64,000 nucleotides of DNA from positions 1,984,001 to 2,048,000 of the forward strand of contig JBHGNT010000015.1 of NCBI GenBank assembly GCA_043228905.1, written 5' to 3'. The position numbers and the translations under genes were made by a program. The stretch is from Azolla caroliniana. Lineage: Eukaryota > Plantae > Polypodiophyta. The notes beneath the pieces were generated by a model, which was given only the letters and a program-made list of their open reading frames with translations, had not been told where the DNA came from and did not search any database. Shown here one piece after another: positions 23,621 through 36,700 of the stretch (positions are counted from its first letter, which is position 1; every line of letters begins with the position of its first letter).

Positions 23621-26600
23621 AAAGACTTCTTATTCCATAAAGCAATAATACAACAACCAACCTTTCAAAAAGGTTACAAGGTCACTATATATAGTGACCG
23701 ACTTAGGGCAACTACCCTTTATGCTAATTACATAAATGGCCAAAACAGGATAGTGTGAATACGTCCATTATACACATGTATTCGACACTCCCCCGTAATG
23801 GGCGTATACATGGGTTATCTAAGATTACAGGTATAGACTTAGGTTCTCGGACATATCAGCTTTGTTCGAGTCGGCAGGGTCCGAAGGCAGAAGACCGAAC
23901 TGGTCGGGTCGGAACAGTTGAAGCCGATCATTAAGGAACTGATGTCGGTTGTCGGGAACCATCCTGCTCTGTGTCCGGCTCTAACCGGACTGGTTTGTCG
24001 TTACGCCCATCTGATGCCGAAGAGACCGAAAACGGTCTGCCGAAAGACACTTGGTCATTCCATCTGCGACATTGTCGGTTGTGGATATTTTCTCTAGACC
24101 GATTTTCCCTGAAATGACGCAGTCCCGAACGAAGTGATATCGAACGTCGATATGTTTGGAGGCGTTGTGGTGAACCGGATTTTTCGACAAGGCAACAGCA
24201 CCTTGACTGTCGCTGTAGACAACTGGAGCCGAGTCATGGTCAACTTGTCGAAACGTGTGCGCCAGCCGACCGAGCCACAAAGCTTCTTTTGCTGCGTCGG
24301 ACGCAGCTACATATTCTGCTTCGGTCGTTGAGGTCGCTGTGCACTCCTGAAGTTTCGACTTCCACGAGATTGCTCCATTGCCGAATTTGAAGCAGTATCC
24401 GGTTGTTGATTTCCGACTGTCTATACAGCCGGCGAAGTCCGAGTCGGTGTAGCCGACTACGCCTGAGGTTCGGTTCGGACCAAAAAGAATGCCGTGGTCT
24501 TTTGTGCCAGCCAGATATCTGAACACATGCTTGACTGCGTTCCAATGCGATCAGCCAGGATTGTGCATAAATCTGCTAACGACTCCTACGGCATGAGAGA
24601 TATCAGGCCGTGTCGCGACCATCAGGTACATAAGGGAGCCGACTGCCGGTGCATACGGTACCGACTTCATATCTTCCCCCTCCGGACCGGATGTCGGGCA
24701 GTCTCGCTGAGAGAGCCGAAGATTCATGGGGAGCGGGGTTGAAGCAGATTTGGCTGATTGCATGTTGAAGCGTTCCAAGACACGTCCGATATAGTCGGTC
24801 TGAGACAAAAAAAGATGTCGTTTATCGCGATGCCGACTAATCTTCATGCCAAGTATGTGTCGTGCCGGACCGAGGTCCTTCATGGCAAACTTCAACCACA
24901 GTTGCCGAATGAGATCGGCAAGTTCGCCCGCGTGGCGTCCAGAGATTAGCATGTCGTCCACGTAAATGATGAGGAAGATGGGTGATCCATCTTGAGCTGT
25001 GTTGGTGAAGAGACAATGGTCCTCATCGCTTTTTGAGAAGCCGATCGATTGGATGAAGTCGTCGAACTTCTTGTACCATTGTCGTGGTGCCTGTTTGAGG
25101 CCGTATAGACTCTTCCTGAGTCGGCAGACTAGATGTTCTTGGCCAGTTGCCACGAAGCCTTTTGGCTGCTCCATATAAATTTCCTCCTCGAGATCACCAT
25201 GGAGGAAGGCTGTTTTGACATCTAGCTGAATCAGCTCCAAGTTGTCGGCTGCCACTACGCCGAGCAGAAAGCGAAGGGTTGTCATTTTCACCACTGGTGA
25301 AAAAATCTCGTCGAAGTCGACGCCATATTCTTGTCGGAAGCCCTTCGCAACTAATCTGGCCTTGTACTTTGGGGTGGTCGAATCAGACGTCTCTTTTAGT
25401 CGATAAACCCACTTGCAAGGAAGAGCACGTCGGTTCCTAGGTAATTCGACCAGATCCCAAGTCTTGTTTGCCCGGATGGAGTGCATTTCCGACTCCATCG
25501 CCAGATGCCAGGTGGCGGAATCGACAGATGTCGATGCTTCTTCGTAAGACGTCGGTTCGCCGGCGTCGGTGAAGAAAATTCCAGGAGAATACCTCTCTGG
25601 AGGTTGCGACAGTCTCTCGGATCGTCGAGGTATGATTGGACTGGTCGCATCGGGTATCGAGGTCGGATGGTCCGAAAGCGGATTGTTCTGCTGTGCCGAG
25701 TCGGAGTTGTCCGAGTCGGTAGTGTAAGGTTCAGCTACCCGTGAAGCTGACCGTGTGTTGAGAGCGGGGCCTTCTTGAAGGGTCGGCACATCGGAAAATG
25801 TTACCCTTCGGACTTCGATCGGTTTCTCGACTGATGGATTCATAGCCGACTCGTTGAACACAACGTCCGAACTTCGAACGATTTGTCTGCGTTCGGGGTC
25901 CCAGAGTCGGTATCCCATTTCGCCGTCTGATCCATATCCAAGGAAAATGCATTTCCTGGACCGAGGTGCAAGTTTTCGGCGATCATCTTTTGGAATAAGG
26001 GCGTACGCCTCGCATCCGAAGATCCTCAGCTTGTCGTAATTCGGCTTACTGCCGATCCATAGTTCCTGAGGAATTTGAAGTCCTAGAGGTCTACTTGGCG
26101 ACATATTGATTATGTGTACTGCCGTGAGTAGAGCCTCTACCCAGAAGCCATCCGACAGTCCGGAGTGTTGGAGCATGGAAACTATCCGTTCTTGGATTGT
26201 CCGATTCATGCGTTCGGCAATCCCGTTTTGCTCCGGACTGTGTGGTGCCGTAAATTCACGTCGGATGCCGCGTTGTCGGCAGAATTTGACGAATTCTTCG
26301 GATTTGAACTCTCCCCCGTTGTCGGTCCGAAAGCATTTCAGTTTTCGGTCGGTTTGATTTTCTACCATAGCGAGCCAATCTGAGAAGATCGAGAAGACCC
26401 GATCTTTGGTGCGAATCGGATAAGCCCACACCTTTCGAGTCGAATCGTCAATAAACGTGACGAAGTAAGAGGCACCGCCGAGAGACTGATGCGGCATTGG
26501 GCCACAGACGTCCGAGTGGACTAAGTCGAGAGGTCTCGTGTCTCTTGGTGCTGATGTCGGGTGTGATGCGGCTGCTTGTTTGCCATACTGGCAATGCTCG

Positions 26601-28657
26601 CAGAATTGATGGTCGGAGAAGGAGAGTTTAGGGATGTATCCGGCTCTAGATAGATGCGTGATGCCGGCCTTGCTGAGGTGTCCTAATCTTCTGTGCCATA
26701 GTGATGACACAGGAATATCCACCAAAAACAGGTTACCCTCTCTGAGCGTAACATGTAACGGATACAGGGAGTGTATCTTGGGTCCTCTAGCAAGCAGGAG
26801 GTTCCCCCTGTGGAGTGTCCACCCTCCCGAAGAAAAACCGGCACGAATGCCGTCTTCATCTAGTTGTCCGACTGAGATCAATGGCCTTGAGAGCTCGGGT
26901 ACATGTCGGACATTGTGGAGTACAAGTGTAGAGCCACCTGCAAGGTTGAGCTCTACTGTGCCGATTCCGATGATGTCACAGTGTTGTGAGTTGCCGACTC
27001 GAACTGAGTCGGAGTGACGGATCGTGTATTGCCGAAATTGGGATCGATGAGGAGTCACGTGAAATGACGCGCCCGAATCTAAGAGCCATGTGCTCGATTC
27101 TTCAGTCGTGAGTAGAACTTCTGATCCGACTGGATTTTCGATTGATAGTATATTCGGGTCGTCCGGTAGTACATCAGCTGAGAAGCTGACGTAATTGATC
27201 TCCTCATGCCGGCCACTCTTCTTGTTGTTCTTGTTCTTGAGTGCGCGGCAGTCGGCTTTGATGTGTCCGGGTTTCTTGCAATAGTTGCAGATTCGGTTAT
27301 CCCGTGACTGGCTCCGTCTTCGCTGATTGTTCGGCGGCCGTGAGGAATCTCTTCCTCGTATGTTCGATCGGTCTGTCGAACCTTGTACTACGTAAGCGTC
27401 GTCTGTTGAGTCTTTGGCGAAAGACTTTCTCCGAGCTGCTTCGGTCAGGATTGCGCTCGTGACTTCGGAGTATTTAACAGCCGTGGTTGACGCGTTGCAC
27501 ACGGTTGTGACGAAAGTTTCCCATGATGAGGGAAGGCTGCTCATGAGTATCATTGCTCTGAGTTCATCCTCGATTGCCGTCCCCTGTGACGAGATTTGGG
27601 AGCTTATGCTTTCGTACTCATTGAGGTGTGCTTGAACCGAATCGGATTCTTTCATCCGCAAGTTGTAGAGGCGCCGGATCAGAAACATCTTCGTTGCGGC
27701 GACCTTCTTTTCGTAAGTGTCCGACAGTGTTTTCCACAGTTCGAATGCTGTCGTACACGATTGCACCGTAAAGTATACCGATTCCGATAGGTGCATCCGA
27801 ATCGTGGCGCGGACAATTCTGTCCAGCTTCTGCCACTCAATTGGTTTGTATCCTTCTGGAGGTTCTTCATTTTCGATGGGATCGATTTGCCCCTTGACTA
27901 TGAGATAGTCCTGCATTTGCTCCTTCCAGAAGTTGAAGTTCGATCCATCGAACTTTCGTAGACTCATTTCTGATGAGGCGGATGTTGATGCCATCAAATT
28001 TGGTGTCGGTTAACGAGGCTCGGTTCGGAGTTGACTACGAACCTTGTTGGAGTGCAGCCGGTTGGCTCACCCGATATCGTTCTAGTCGGATTTGAACCTG
28101 AGTCGGTTCGGCTTCGAATATATATACCGAATACCGATTATTGAAACCGATTATCTGGACCGATTCGGCTTCGGGTGACTGCAGCGACGAGAGAGATGGA
28201 TCCAACTGATCCTCTCGAATGTCGATCAGCCGGATGAAGCACGAATTGGGGTTGTTGTCTTGAGGCCGATCTGCACCGAGTGGTTACAACGAGCAGCGAG
28301 CGGCGTTTAATGACCTTTTCGGGTGCCGTTTAACCGAATGGAGCACGATCGTGTCAGTGATGCACAAGGGGATTTCACCTCGAGCGGTTACGATCACAAG
28401 GAACAGAGTACAACCTGATGGCTTACTCCAAGCAAGAGGGTCTAACGCGATGAGGTGCAAACCTCGTTTTTCTTCTTCTTCTCTCTTCTTTGAGTGACGC
28501 AGGAAACCGAATGCTGAGACGACGGCCGACAGCGGATTGAAGGACCGACTACTGTGCAGGCTCTGATACCAGATGTTGGGGACGAGGTCGTCGTTGCGGA
28601 AGATCAAGCAACATTCGTTTCTTCTCTGTACCTGCGTATGGCTGTTTGTAGGTCGTT

Positions 28658-28688
<31 letters not shown>

Positions 28689-28859
28689 CACAAAAGACTT
28701 CTTATTCCATAAAGCAATAATACAACAACCAACCTTTCAAAAAGGTTACAAGGTCACTATATATAGTGACCGACTTAGGGCAACTACCCTTTATGCTAAT
28801 TACATAAATGGCCAAAACAGGATAGTGTGAATACGTCCATTATACACATGTATTCGACA
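23498..28859 (-). mobile_element. Near-intact Ty1/copia LTR retrotransposon (Tork-like)
   Basis: LTRs 28574-28859 (5') and 23498-23787 (3') differ essentially only at the AG microsatellite; PBS (minus) TGGTATCAGAGC 28560-28571; PPT GGGGGAG next to the 3' LTR; the two flanks come from different elements. Confidence 0.95.
23981..27994 (-). pseudogene. Copia gag-pol with a single in-frame TGA at 24551-24553
   Basis: ORFs 24551-27997 and 23981-24526 share a frame (FMHNPG*SHWNAVKHVFRY); CNYCKKPGHIKADC, WLLDSGAS, DNGGEF, IYVDDML, RNase H motifs. Confidence 0.92.
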
Positions 28860-30295
28860 GGAGGCCGAGGAGCTGTTCAACCGGCTGGGCGTCAAACTCT
28901 CCCTCACCACGGCGTACAATCCGGAGGCGAACGGAAAGGTGGAACGAGGGCACGGACCGATTGTAAAGGCGTTGGTGCGTGCATGCGGTGGGCAGGTCGG
29001 GAATTGGCCGCGACTCCTTCCTTACGCGCTATGGGCGGACCGGACTATCCACAGTTCGGTGACAGGGTTTATGCCGGCGGAGCTAATGTACGGACAAAAG
29101 CCGATCATGCCGGAGGAACAGACGGTTTCTTCGTGGGTGGCGGTAGATTGGAAGGACGAAATGAGCCGGGAGGAGTTGCTGGCGGCGTGGATTCGGCAAC
29201 TTGAGCAGAGGCCGGAGGACGTGATACAGGCGAGGGAAAAGCTGCGAGCAGCGAGGGAGCGTAACAAGACCTGGTTCAACCGGACGCACCGGTTGCGACC
29301 AAAGAAGATCGAGGAAGGCGACTGGGTCTTGGTATATGAAAGCAGCCTCGACAATCAGCACAAGGCGGTGCGAAAGTTTGCCAGGAGGTGGTTCGGGCCC
29401 TACATGGTGACGAGCGCAAACGACAACGGCACGTACCACCTCGCGGAACTCGATGGGACATGGTTAGCGGTGCCGATGGCTGGGAAGCGGATCAAAGCGT
29501 TCAAAAAGAGGTTCAAAGACGAGTCGGAGCCTGCGAGCGGGAGCGATAGCGACGATCAGTTCGGGCCCGACGGAGAATCGGAGAGCAACGAGTGAGGCCC
29601 GTTTTCTTCGGTATCTACCTGTCTCTAGCGCATGCCAGTGGATGCGCGGTTTGGTGGGGGTGGATGTCGTGAAGAAAATCGTCCATAGGCGGATTCGGAG
29701 AGAAAGGCGCGTGAACCGACTCTTACACGGGTGGACACGTAACTTGATATTTTGTACCCGATTCATAAACGGATCGGTGGGTGAAATACGAGGCGGCACG
29801 CATTTATCAGGGGATTGTGCGTATCTCTGTCAGACGGAGGGGAGGACAGGGAATAAAAAGGGACTTGACAAGAGAGAAGGTTATCACGCGCGAGGAGGAA
29901 GAAGGAGGTTGTTGCAGAACGGAAGGAGGGAGCTCTCTCTGCGACTCGAATCATCGCTCTCTGCGGGTGTCGGGAGGTCGCTGCCTCTGCTTCGTGGACA
30001 GCCTGTGTGCTTCCAGCAGAGTCGCTCCCCTTCCCCTTTTGTTTCTTGGAGTCGGTGACCGTCGTCGGTGTGCGTGAGTAGGGTTCCCGTGTCGGGCCTG
30101 TCGCCGCTTTGTCGGTTGTAACTGTCGGAGTTTGTAATCTCTGTCATTATAATTAAGTGTTACGTTCTGTTTCTCTCTTCCTCGCTTCTACGTGTTGGTG
30201 AATCTTTCTCTCTTTGTATCTCTCTCTCTCGCTCCTCGGTCCAAGACCCCCGTGGTCTCGCCCCTTTCTACACATACGCGCGTATTAACGCGACA
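28860..30295 (+). mobile_element. 3' fragment (integrase end plus 3' LTR) of a third Phygy-like Gypsy
   Basis: NPEANGKVERGHGPIVKAL...WFGPY; PPT GGTGGGGGTGGA; LTR 29665-30295 TGTCG...CGACA (631 bp). Confidence 0.9.
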
Positions 30296-31014
30296 ACGTG
30301 GACGACATGTTGATCGTCGGACGAGACCAAGTCAAGATACGGATGTTGAAGAAGGCCCTGAGCCGGACCTTATCAATGAAAGACTTGGGTCTGGCAAGAC
30401 AAATACTAGGGATGCATATCATCCGGGACCGGTCAACGAAGCAATTGTGGCTGTCACAAGAGAAGTACGTGACAAAGGTGCTTCAGTGGTTCAACATGTC
30501 AGATGTGAAACTGGTCTGATCGACACTCCCGGAAAACTACAATTTATCCGGTAAGCAAAGCCCGAAGATGAAGGTAGAGAAGGCGGATATGATGAAGATA
30601 CCATATGCCTCTGTCGTCGGGAGCTTAATGTACGCAATGGTGTGTACTTGACCAGATATCATATACGTAGTCGGAGTGGTGAGCCGGTTTATGAGCAATC
30701 CCGGCAAGGAGCACTGGAATGCGGTAAAATGGATACTCCAATACTTGAAAGGCACCTCAAGTATGTGTCTTCAATTCGGCTCTGGTAAATCCCAACTTGA
30801 CGGTTTCATTGATTCAGTATGTCAACTGATGCGGATACTAACCCATCAACATGCGGATATATCATGACATATGCAGGGGGGAGCTGTTTCGTGGCAGTCG
30901 AGTCTGCAGAAGATGGTTGTGTTGTCAACCACGGAAGTGGAGTACATGGTAGCTGTAGAAGCTGACAAGGAAATACTATGGATGAAGGACTTCATCGAAG
31001 AGCTAGGGATCTGG
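30296..31014 (+). pseudogene. Decayed copia RT/RNase H fragment, family of 9798-15164
   Basis: VDDMLIVGRDQVKIRMLKKAL...GGAVSWQS...STTEVEY; stops and frameshifts. Confidence 0.9.
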
Positions 31015-31893
31015 TGTCGTGATGTGGCGTGCTCGAGAGTGGGAAAAACCGGCGAAAGGGGGGGGTAAAAAATGTGCATGTGCAATGTGTGTGCACACAA
31101 AGCGACTAATTGTGCATATGCAAAATAAAAGGGAAAAGAAAGGGTGGAAAGGATGCATAGAAGCCCGTGCAAAAAGTAAGAGAGAAGAGAGATAAAATGT
31201 AGAGGAGAGACAAGCTAAGAATTTATAGAGATAGAATTATATATTGCATAAGAGAGAGTTAGTGGGCTAGTGGATAGTCACATTCACTACTAGCTAGAGG
31301 TGCACAGGTCAAATCTAGTCTTATAGTGCAACGTGATTTAAGGACTTTTATTCCTTTTTCATTGAAGACAAAATTGGCGACCCCCCTTCTTTTTTTCCTA
31401 TAAAAGGAGGTCGAGAGGGGCTCATTCGGGAGGACATTTTGGGAGGAGGAGACTATCGCCAATTTTCCTTCGGAGCTCTTCATCTTCTTATTCACCACTT
31501 CTCTTCATCTCATACCCCTTCATCCCCCTACCGCCACATGCTCGTCTTCTTCGCATCGGCACTCGAAGTGCTCGTGAGCCCAAGCTTCGTTGGTTCGACA
31601 TTGCTCTGCCCCATTCGTCGTTGCGAGCCCGTGTGCTCGCCGTTCAGGTGGTTGTGGTTCGTTGGGATTGGCATTTTGGTGGTGCTCGTGTGTTCATCTT
31701 CGCCGTGTTCGGATTTGCTCTTGTCTTTAAGGGCATTTAGTATTTATGTTTTGATTGAGCCTGTGGTTAACTATAAGTTGCCATTGTAATCAAACCCTAT
31801 TTTATAAAGGGTCCTCTTGCGTTGGAATCGAACACGTATTTATCTCTTTGGTTGATATCATTCGTGTTTCTTTCTCTCCTTCTTTCTTTGTTC

Positions 31894-32625
31894 GTGTCTT
31901 CCTTGTACGTTCGGCCGTCTTGTGACGAGGAGAGTTTCGGGCGTGCCCATGCACCTCTCCTCCTCATAAAGACGTACAAGCATTTGTGTGTGTGTTTGTG
32001 TCTTCCGTGTACGTTCAACCGTTTTGTGATGAGGGACCGTTTCGGGCTTGCCCATGCACATCTCCTCCTGATAAAGGCGTACAAGCATTTTTTGTGTGTG
32101 TTTGTGTCTTCCTTGTACGTTCGGCCGTCTTGTGACGAGGGACCGTTCGGGCCATGCACCTCTCCTCCTCATAAAGGCGTACGAGCATTTGTGCGTGTGT
32201 TTGTGTCTTCCTTGTACGTTCAGCCGTCTTGTGATGAGGGAGCGTTTCGGGCTTGCCCATGCACCTCTCCTCCTCATAAAGACATACGAGCATTTGTGCG
32301 TGTGTTTGTGTCTTCCTTGTATGTTCGGCCGTCTTGTGGCGAGGGACCGTTTCGGGCTCGCCCATGCACCTCTCCTCCTCATAAAGGCGTACGAGCATTT
32401 TGTGCGTGTGTTTGTGTCTTCCTTGTACGTTCGGCCATCTTGTGACGAGGGACCGTTCGGGCTTGCCCATGCACCTCTCCTCCTCATAAAGGCGTACGAG
32501 CATTTGTGTGTGTATTTGTGTCTTCCTTGTACGTTCAGCCGTCTTGTGATGAGGGAGCGTTTCGGGCGTGCCCATGCACCTCTCCTCCTCATAAAGACGT
32601 ACGAGCATTTGTGCGTGTGTTTGTG
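31894..32625. repeat. Tandem array, about 105-bp unit, 7 copies (left part)
   Basis: Unit starts GTGTCTTCC at 31894, 31998, 32104, 32203, 32308, 32414, 32518. Confidence 0.95.
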
Positions 32626-33141
32626 TGTTACCCGGACTCGGACAGTTAGTTTTACCGAACAAGTGGGAAAGCGTCGAAAACGGAGTCGGTTCGGATCGAC
32701 TGTTCGGATCAATGACTCAGCAGTAAACGAAGAGAACTAAGTTAGTTAGATAATTTTGTAATTCTTGATAGTAAGTAGGAATAGTTCTTGATGAGAAAAG
32801 ACCTTCGGTATACCTATAAAAGGGAACCGAAGGCATTGTAAGAAAGGTCGTTTTATTTAGTAATATAAGTTTAAGTTAGGAATATCCTGTACGGATTCTG
32901 TGTTCTTTCTATTGTCTATGTTGTTAAGTGCAAGCTTCCTAATTTATAACTAAGTAATGATCACGGTAATTACCGATTAATATAGTATAATTCCGTTCGT
33001 AAAACACAATTCCTTGTTAGAACGTTGAGTAGCGACGTTCACTCTTCTGTATCGGTAGTAGTTAGTAATTAGCCGATTAACACAGAAGAATTTTGGCACG
33101 CCCGGTTACATCTGCAATTAAGCAGAGAACAAATCGAATGG

Positions 33142-33289
33142 ATGTCGTATAAAGAGGAGACACCGGTCAGTTGTAAGCGCCCTCGTACAAGGTCAGTTAC
33201 GAAGGCAGTGCAGGAAGCGTTCATTACGCAAGAACAGCCGGAATCAAGCACAAAGTGGTCGAAACTTCCTGACTTATCCGATCAATTAC
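33142..33289 (+). pseudogene. gag: 5' end of element A gag, split by element B
   Basis: Removing B and one ATTAC joins MSYKEETP...DQL in frame to PSDEKQKEEVSFYDIWDD-MPYTYSK (43128 onward). Confidence 0.8.
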
Positions 33290-33760
33290 TGTTACCGGCC
33301 GGCAAGGAGTCCAAAATACGGAGTGAAGGAATTAATTAGATATGGTTGTAAATGAGCATAGTGTGGACGGACGGACTGGAAACGGTATGCCGTTCCAGAT
33401 CCGGACGGATCCCGAATAGGTGCGAGAGGCACCGTTTTGTAATACGGGCCGGAAACCTATTTAAAGGCCCGGACCCTATTGTAATGACAGCGGATAATTA
33501 GTAGAGCTTATGTTGTTTATACTTCTGTCTTGATTTCCGTTCTGTAATCACTGTTATATCTTACGCGTGTAATTAACCAAAGCAATCTAATCGTGTAACC
33601 TACGTAAGTCGGTGTAATCGTTGAATCTTAATCCTATGCCGTAATCACCCTTTGGTGAAGTGTTTCCGTGACACCTTGTGTTAGGCCTTGTCCGGCTAAG
33701 AGAATAACACAGTTTTGGCGACCACGATTCCTGCTTTCTCGCAGCGAACGACGGTAATGG

Positions 33761-36700
33761 ATGACTAGACCAACGCACGACTTGGTTACAGACCGAGCTC
33801 GACGCCTCGCCGAACGGCAAAGACGGCGTGAGACTTTCCAGCAAGCAGCGCAGGAAATTCGCTCGGATCGTTCGTTCTCCAACGAGATCCGGAGAGTCGC
33901 GGAGGAATCTCTCCGGTTACGGCAAACTCGCGACCAGGACGACGGAGGCAGTCTAAGTAGTCTCCGGGAAACCGAACGACTCCTGGAGGCGCTGGCAAGC
34001 GAAGAAAACGAGGCAGAAGCCTTTTCAGCCTACGAATCGGATTCCGAAGGGGGATACAGCGTGCACACGAACTACCGGAGCAGCAACGATACCCCCGGCG
34101 GCCCGGAAGACGACGGGTCGGATACCGTGCCGACTCTAGAACCGGAACCGCTCAACCAGGGCTATCCGGAACCGCAAACGGAAGCCGTCAACCCACCAAC
34201 ACCGGAAGTGGAAGAAGCAAAGCCACCAACACCAACGAAAGGGCCGGCAAAGGTACCGGAAGAAGAGCCGGAAAAAGAACCGGAAAAAGGACCGGCAAAA
34301 GAACCGGAAGTGGAACCGGAGAAAGAACCGGAAAAATATCAACAAACGCCACTAAACCGCGGCTTAATACTGGACGACGACATGCCGTTCCAATACTCAA
34401 AGTACCGCGATGATCCGGATGCGGAAGCGCATGTGGATGACTTCGAGCAGACATGGGAAGCAAATCACACGTCCCAGCGAATGACACCGGAGGAAGAAGA
34501 ACGCTCGAAGATAGCGGAATTCGGAGTCACGTTGGAGGGACCAGCGACACGATGGCGGCGGTCGCAGGACCCGGCGACCATCACAACATTTGCAGAATTA
34601 AAAGCAAAATTCTTGCATTTTTTCCACAAGGAGGTCGACCAGACGACAATGGTGGGCCTGTTTTATACGATCCGGCAGGAGGTAGGGGAAAGCATTCCCC
34701 AATTCGTCATCCGTTTCCAACGGATGCATAGCCAGCTTGCCCGTGCACCCCCGGAGGAGGAATTACGGACGATATTTTTAAACGCACTCCGGGAACCGTT
34801 ACGCACGGTGTGTACGGTGATCGACTTTCGAGGATGCACCATCGATCAGGTCATTGACCGGGTCAGAGAAATGGAAAAGACAAGCTCATGGCTTACGCTG
34901 GGAACACTGCAACGGGCGTTACCCACCGAGGAAGATCTCCGGTTCCGGCAGGCAATTCAATGCACAATCTGCTTGAATGCCGGACACTCGGCAGTAGAGT
35001 GCACCATGCGCACTCAGTGTGTGATTTGTCAATCCAAGAGTCATACAACGGACCGGTGCGAGTATAACCTGTTAAACCGACAAGCACCACCCGTCCGACG
35101 GATCGAGCCAAGAAACAGCCAAGACGAAGATGAAGATCGTTGGCAAAAAATGAACCGGTACCGACCGGCACAGGATGTCCGGTACGGAGACAGGCAAGAG
35201 AATGATGGCCGGTACGGGAATCGGCGTGATAACTACGACCGGTATGAGCGATCGGACCGTTATCGAGAGCCCAACAGGCGACACGAGCAATACGACAGAG
35301 ACCATTCCCCTGGTTACCGAAGGCACCAGGAGGACTACGGCCGATTTTACGATCCACCACGACCGGATTACCGAAATAAACATAAGAATAATAAGAAACG
35401 TAATTTCAAGAAAGGTGGTCACCCTAGGGACCCGGAACATGGAACCCCAAGAAGCCAACCGGCACAGAACGCACCACTCGCTACGGGACCGACTCCGGCT
35501 ACCAGCAATGCTGAATCCAGCAATACCCGTAAAGAGTACTGCTACTACTGCAGGCAGGAAGGCCACTACAGTAACCAGTGCCCGGTAAAGAGCTACGAGA
35601 AACGACCAGCAGTTAATATGGTGGTTCCGGAAGTGGCGGATTTACAGCAAGTAACCACACGGTCGAAAGGCATGGCCAAAGAATGGGAAACACAAGAGGC
35701 CATACGAAAACAGGCGACGGAATGGGTGAAGGAAGCCAATGAAAGAAAGGTCGCGGACGCGGAACGGCAAAAGGCGAAGACCATAGGGAGTGCCGGCGGT
35801 AGCCACCCAGAAAACGAGACATGGCAAGCACTACAAGAATGTCAGATCACGTTACCATTAGGAAGACTCTTGCAGCTCGTGCCGCGATTCACAGAAGGAC
35901 TAAAAACGGTCATGACAGACGGTATAGCTCCACCGGCACCAGTCCTTTTCTCGAATCCGGAGGAGGGACCGACGGTGGTGGACACTAGTAGTCCGGTGAT
36001 CACAGCTATTGTCAAAGGGCACGAACTTCCCGGCACAGTAATCGATGGAGGTTCCGGAGTGAACGTAATAAGCCTTCGCACGTGTGATGCCTTGGGTATA
36101 CATGAATGGGAGCCATGTCCGTTCTGGCTACGGATGGCGGATACGAGCTCTGTACGGCCGACGGGCTTAATACGGAAATTGGAAGTCACCATAGGAGGCC
36201 ACACAATTCACATCTCGGTTGTAGTGCTGCAGCTACAGGTGAAAGGCGCGTACCCACTGCTGCTGGGCAGACCATGGTTGAAAACAGCACACATCAAGCA
36301 AAATTGGCGAAAAAATATGATTACCTTCCGGCGCGGAAAAGCCAAGGTCCGGGTACCGACACAACCACGGACGAGCAACGGTAAGGAATGCACACCGCTG
36401 TATGCGGAATGTGTGAACATGCTTGAAGGATTGGCAGACGACGAAGAAGCCCAGTACTTGGAGGAACATCCGAAGATCGTACCACTCTTCGAGATTGACG
36501 TAGCTGAAGCCGTAGCCGCATACTTGCCGCAGCGGGACGACACCGAAGCCGAACCAGACAAAGATGCGATTCGGGAATTACGGCAAGCACAGGAAGCGTT
36601 GGAACGGGAAATGGCTGTTTCCCAACGGGTAAAAGCATCCCAGCTCGACGAAGTGAACCTAGGAAGCAAAGACGAATCAAAGCCGGTACACATCGCCAAA

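Noticed and set aside
31797-32740. Several 200-280 aa repetitive ORFs on both strands, and a possible CRISPR-like array
   Set aside because: The ORFs are by-products of the roughly 105-bp tandem unit; units are contiguous with no unique spacers, no cas genes are present, and the context is eukaryotic.
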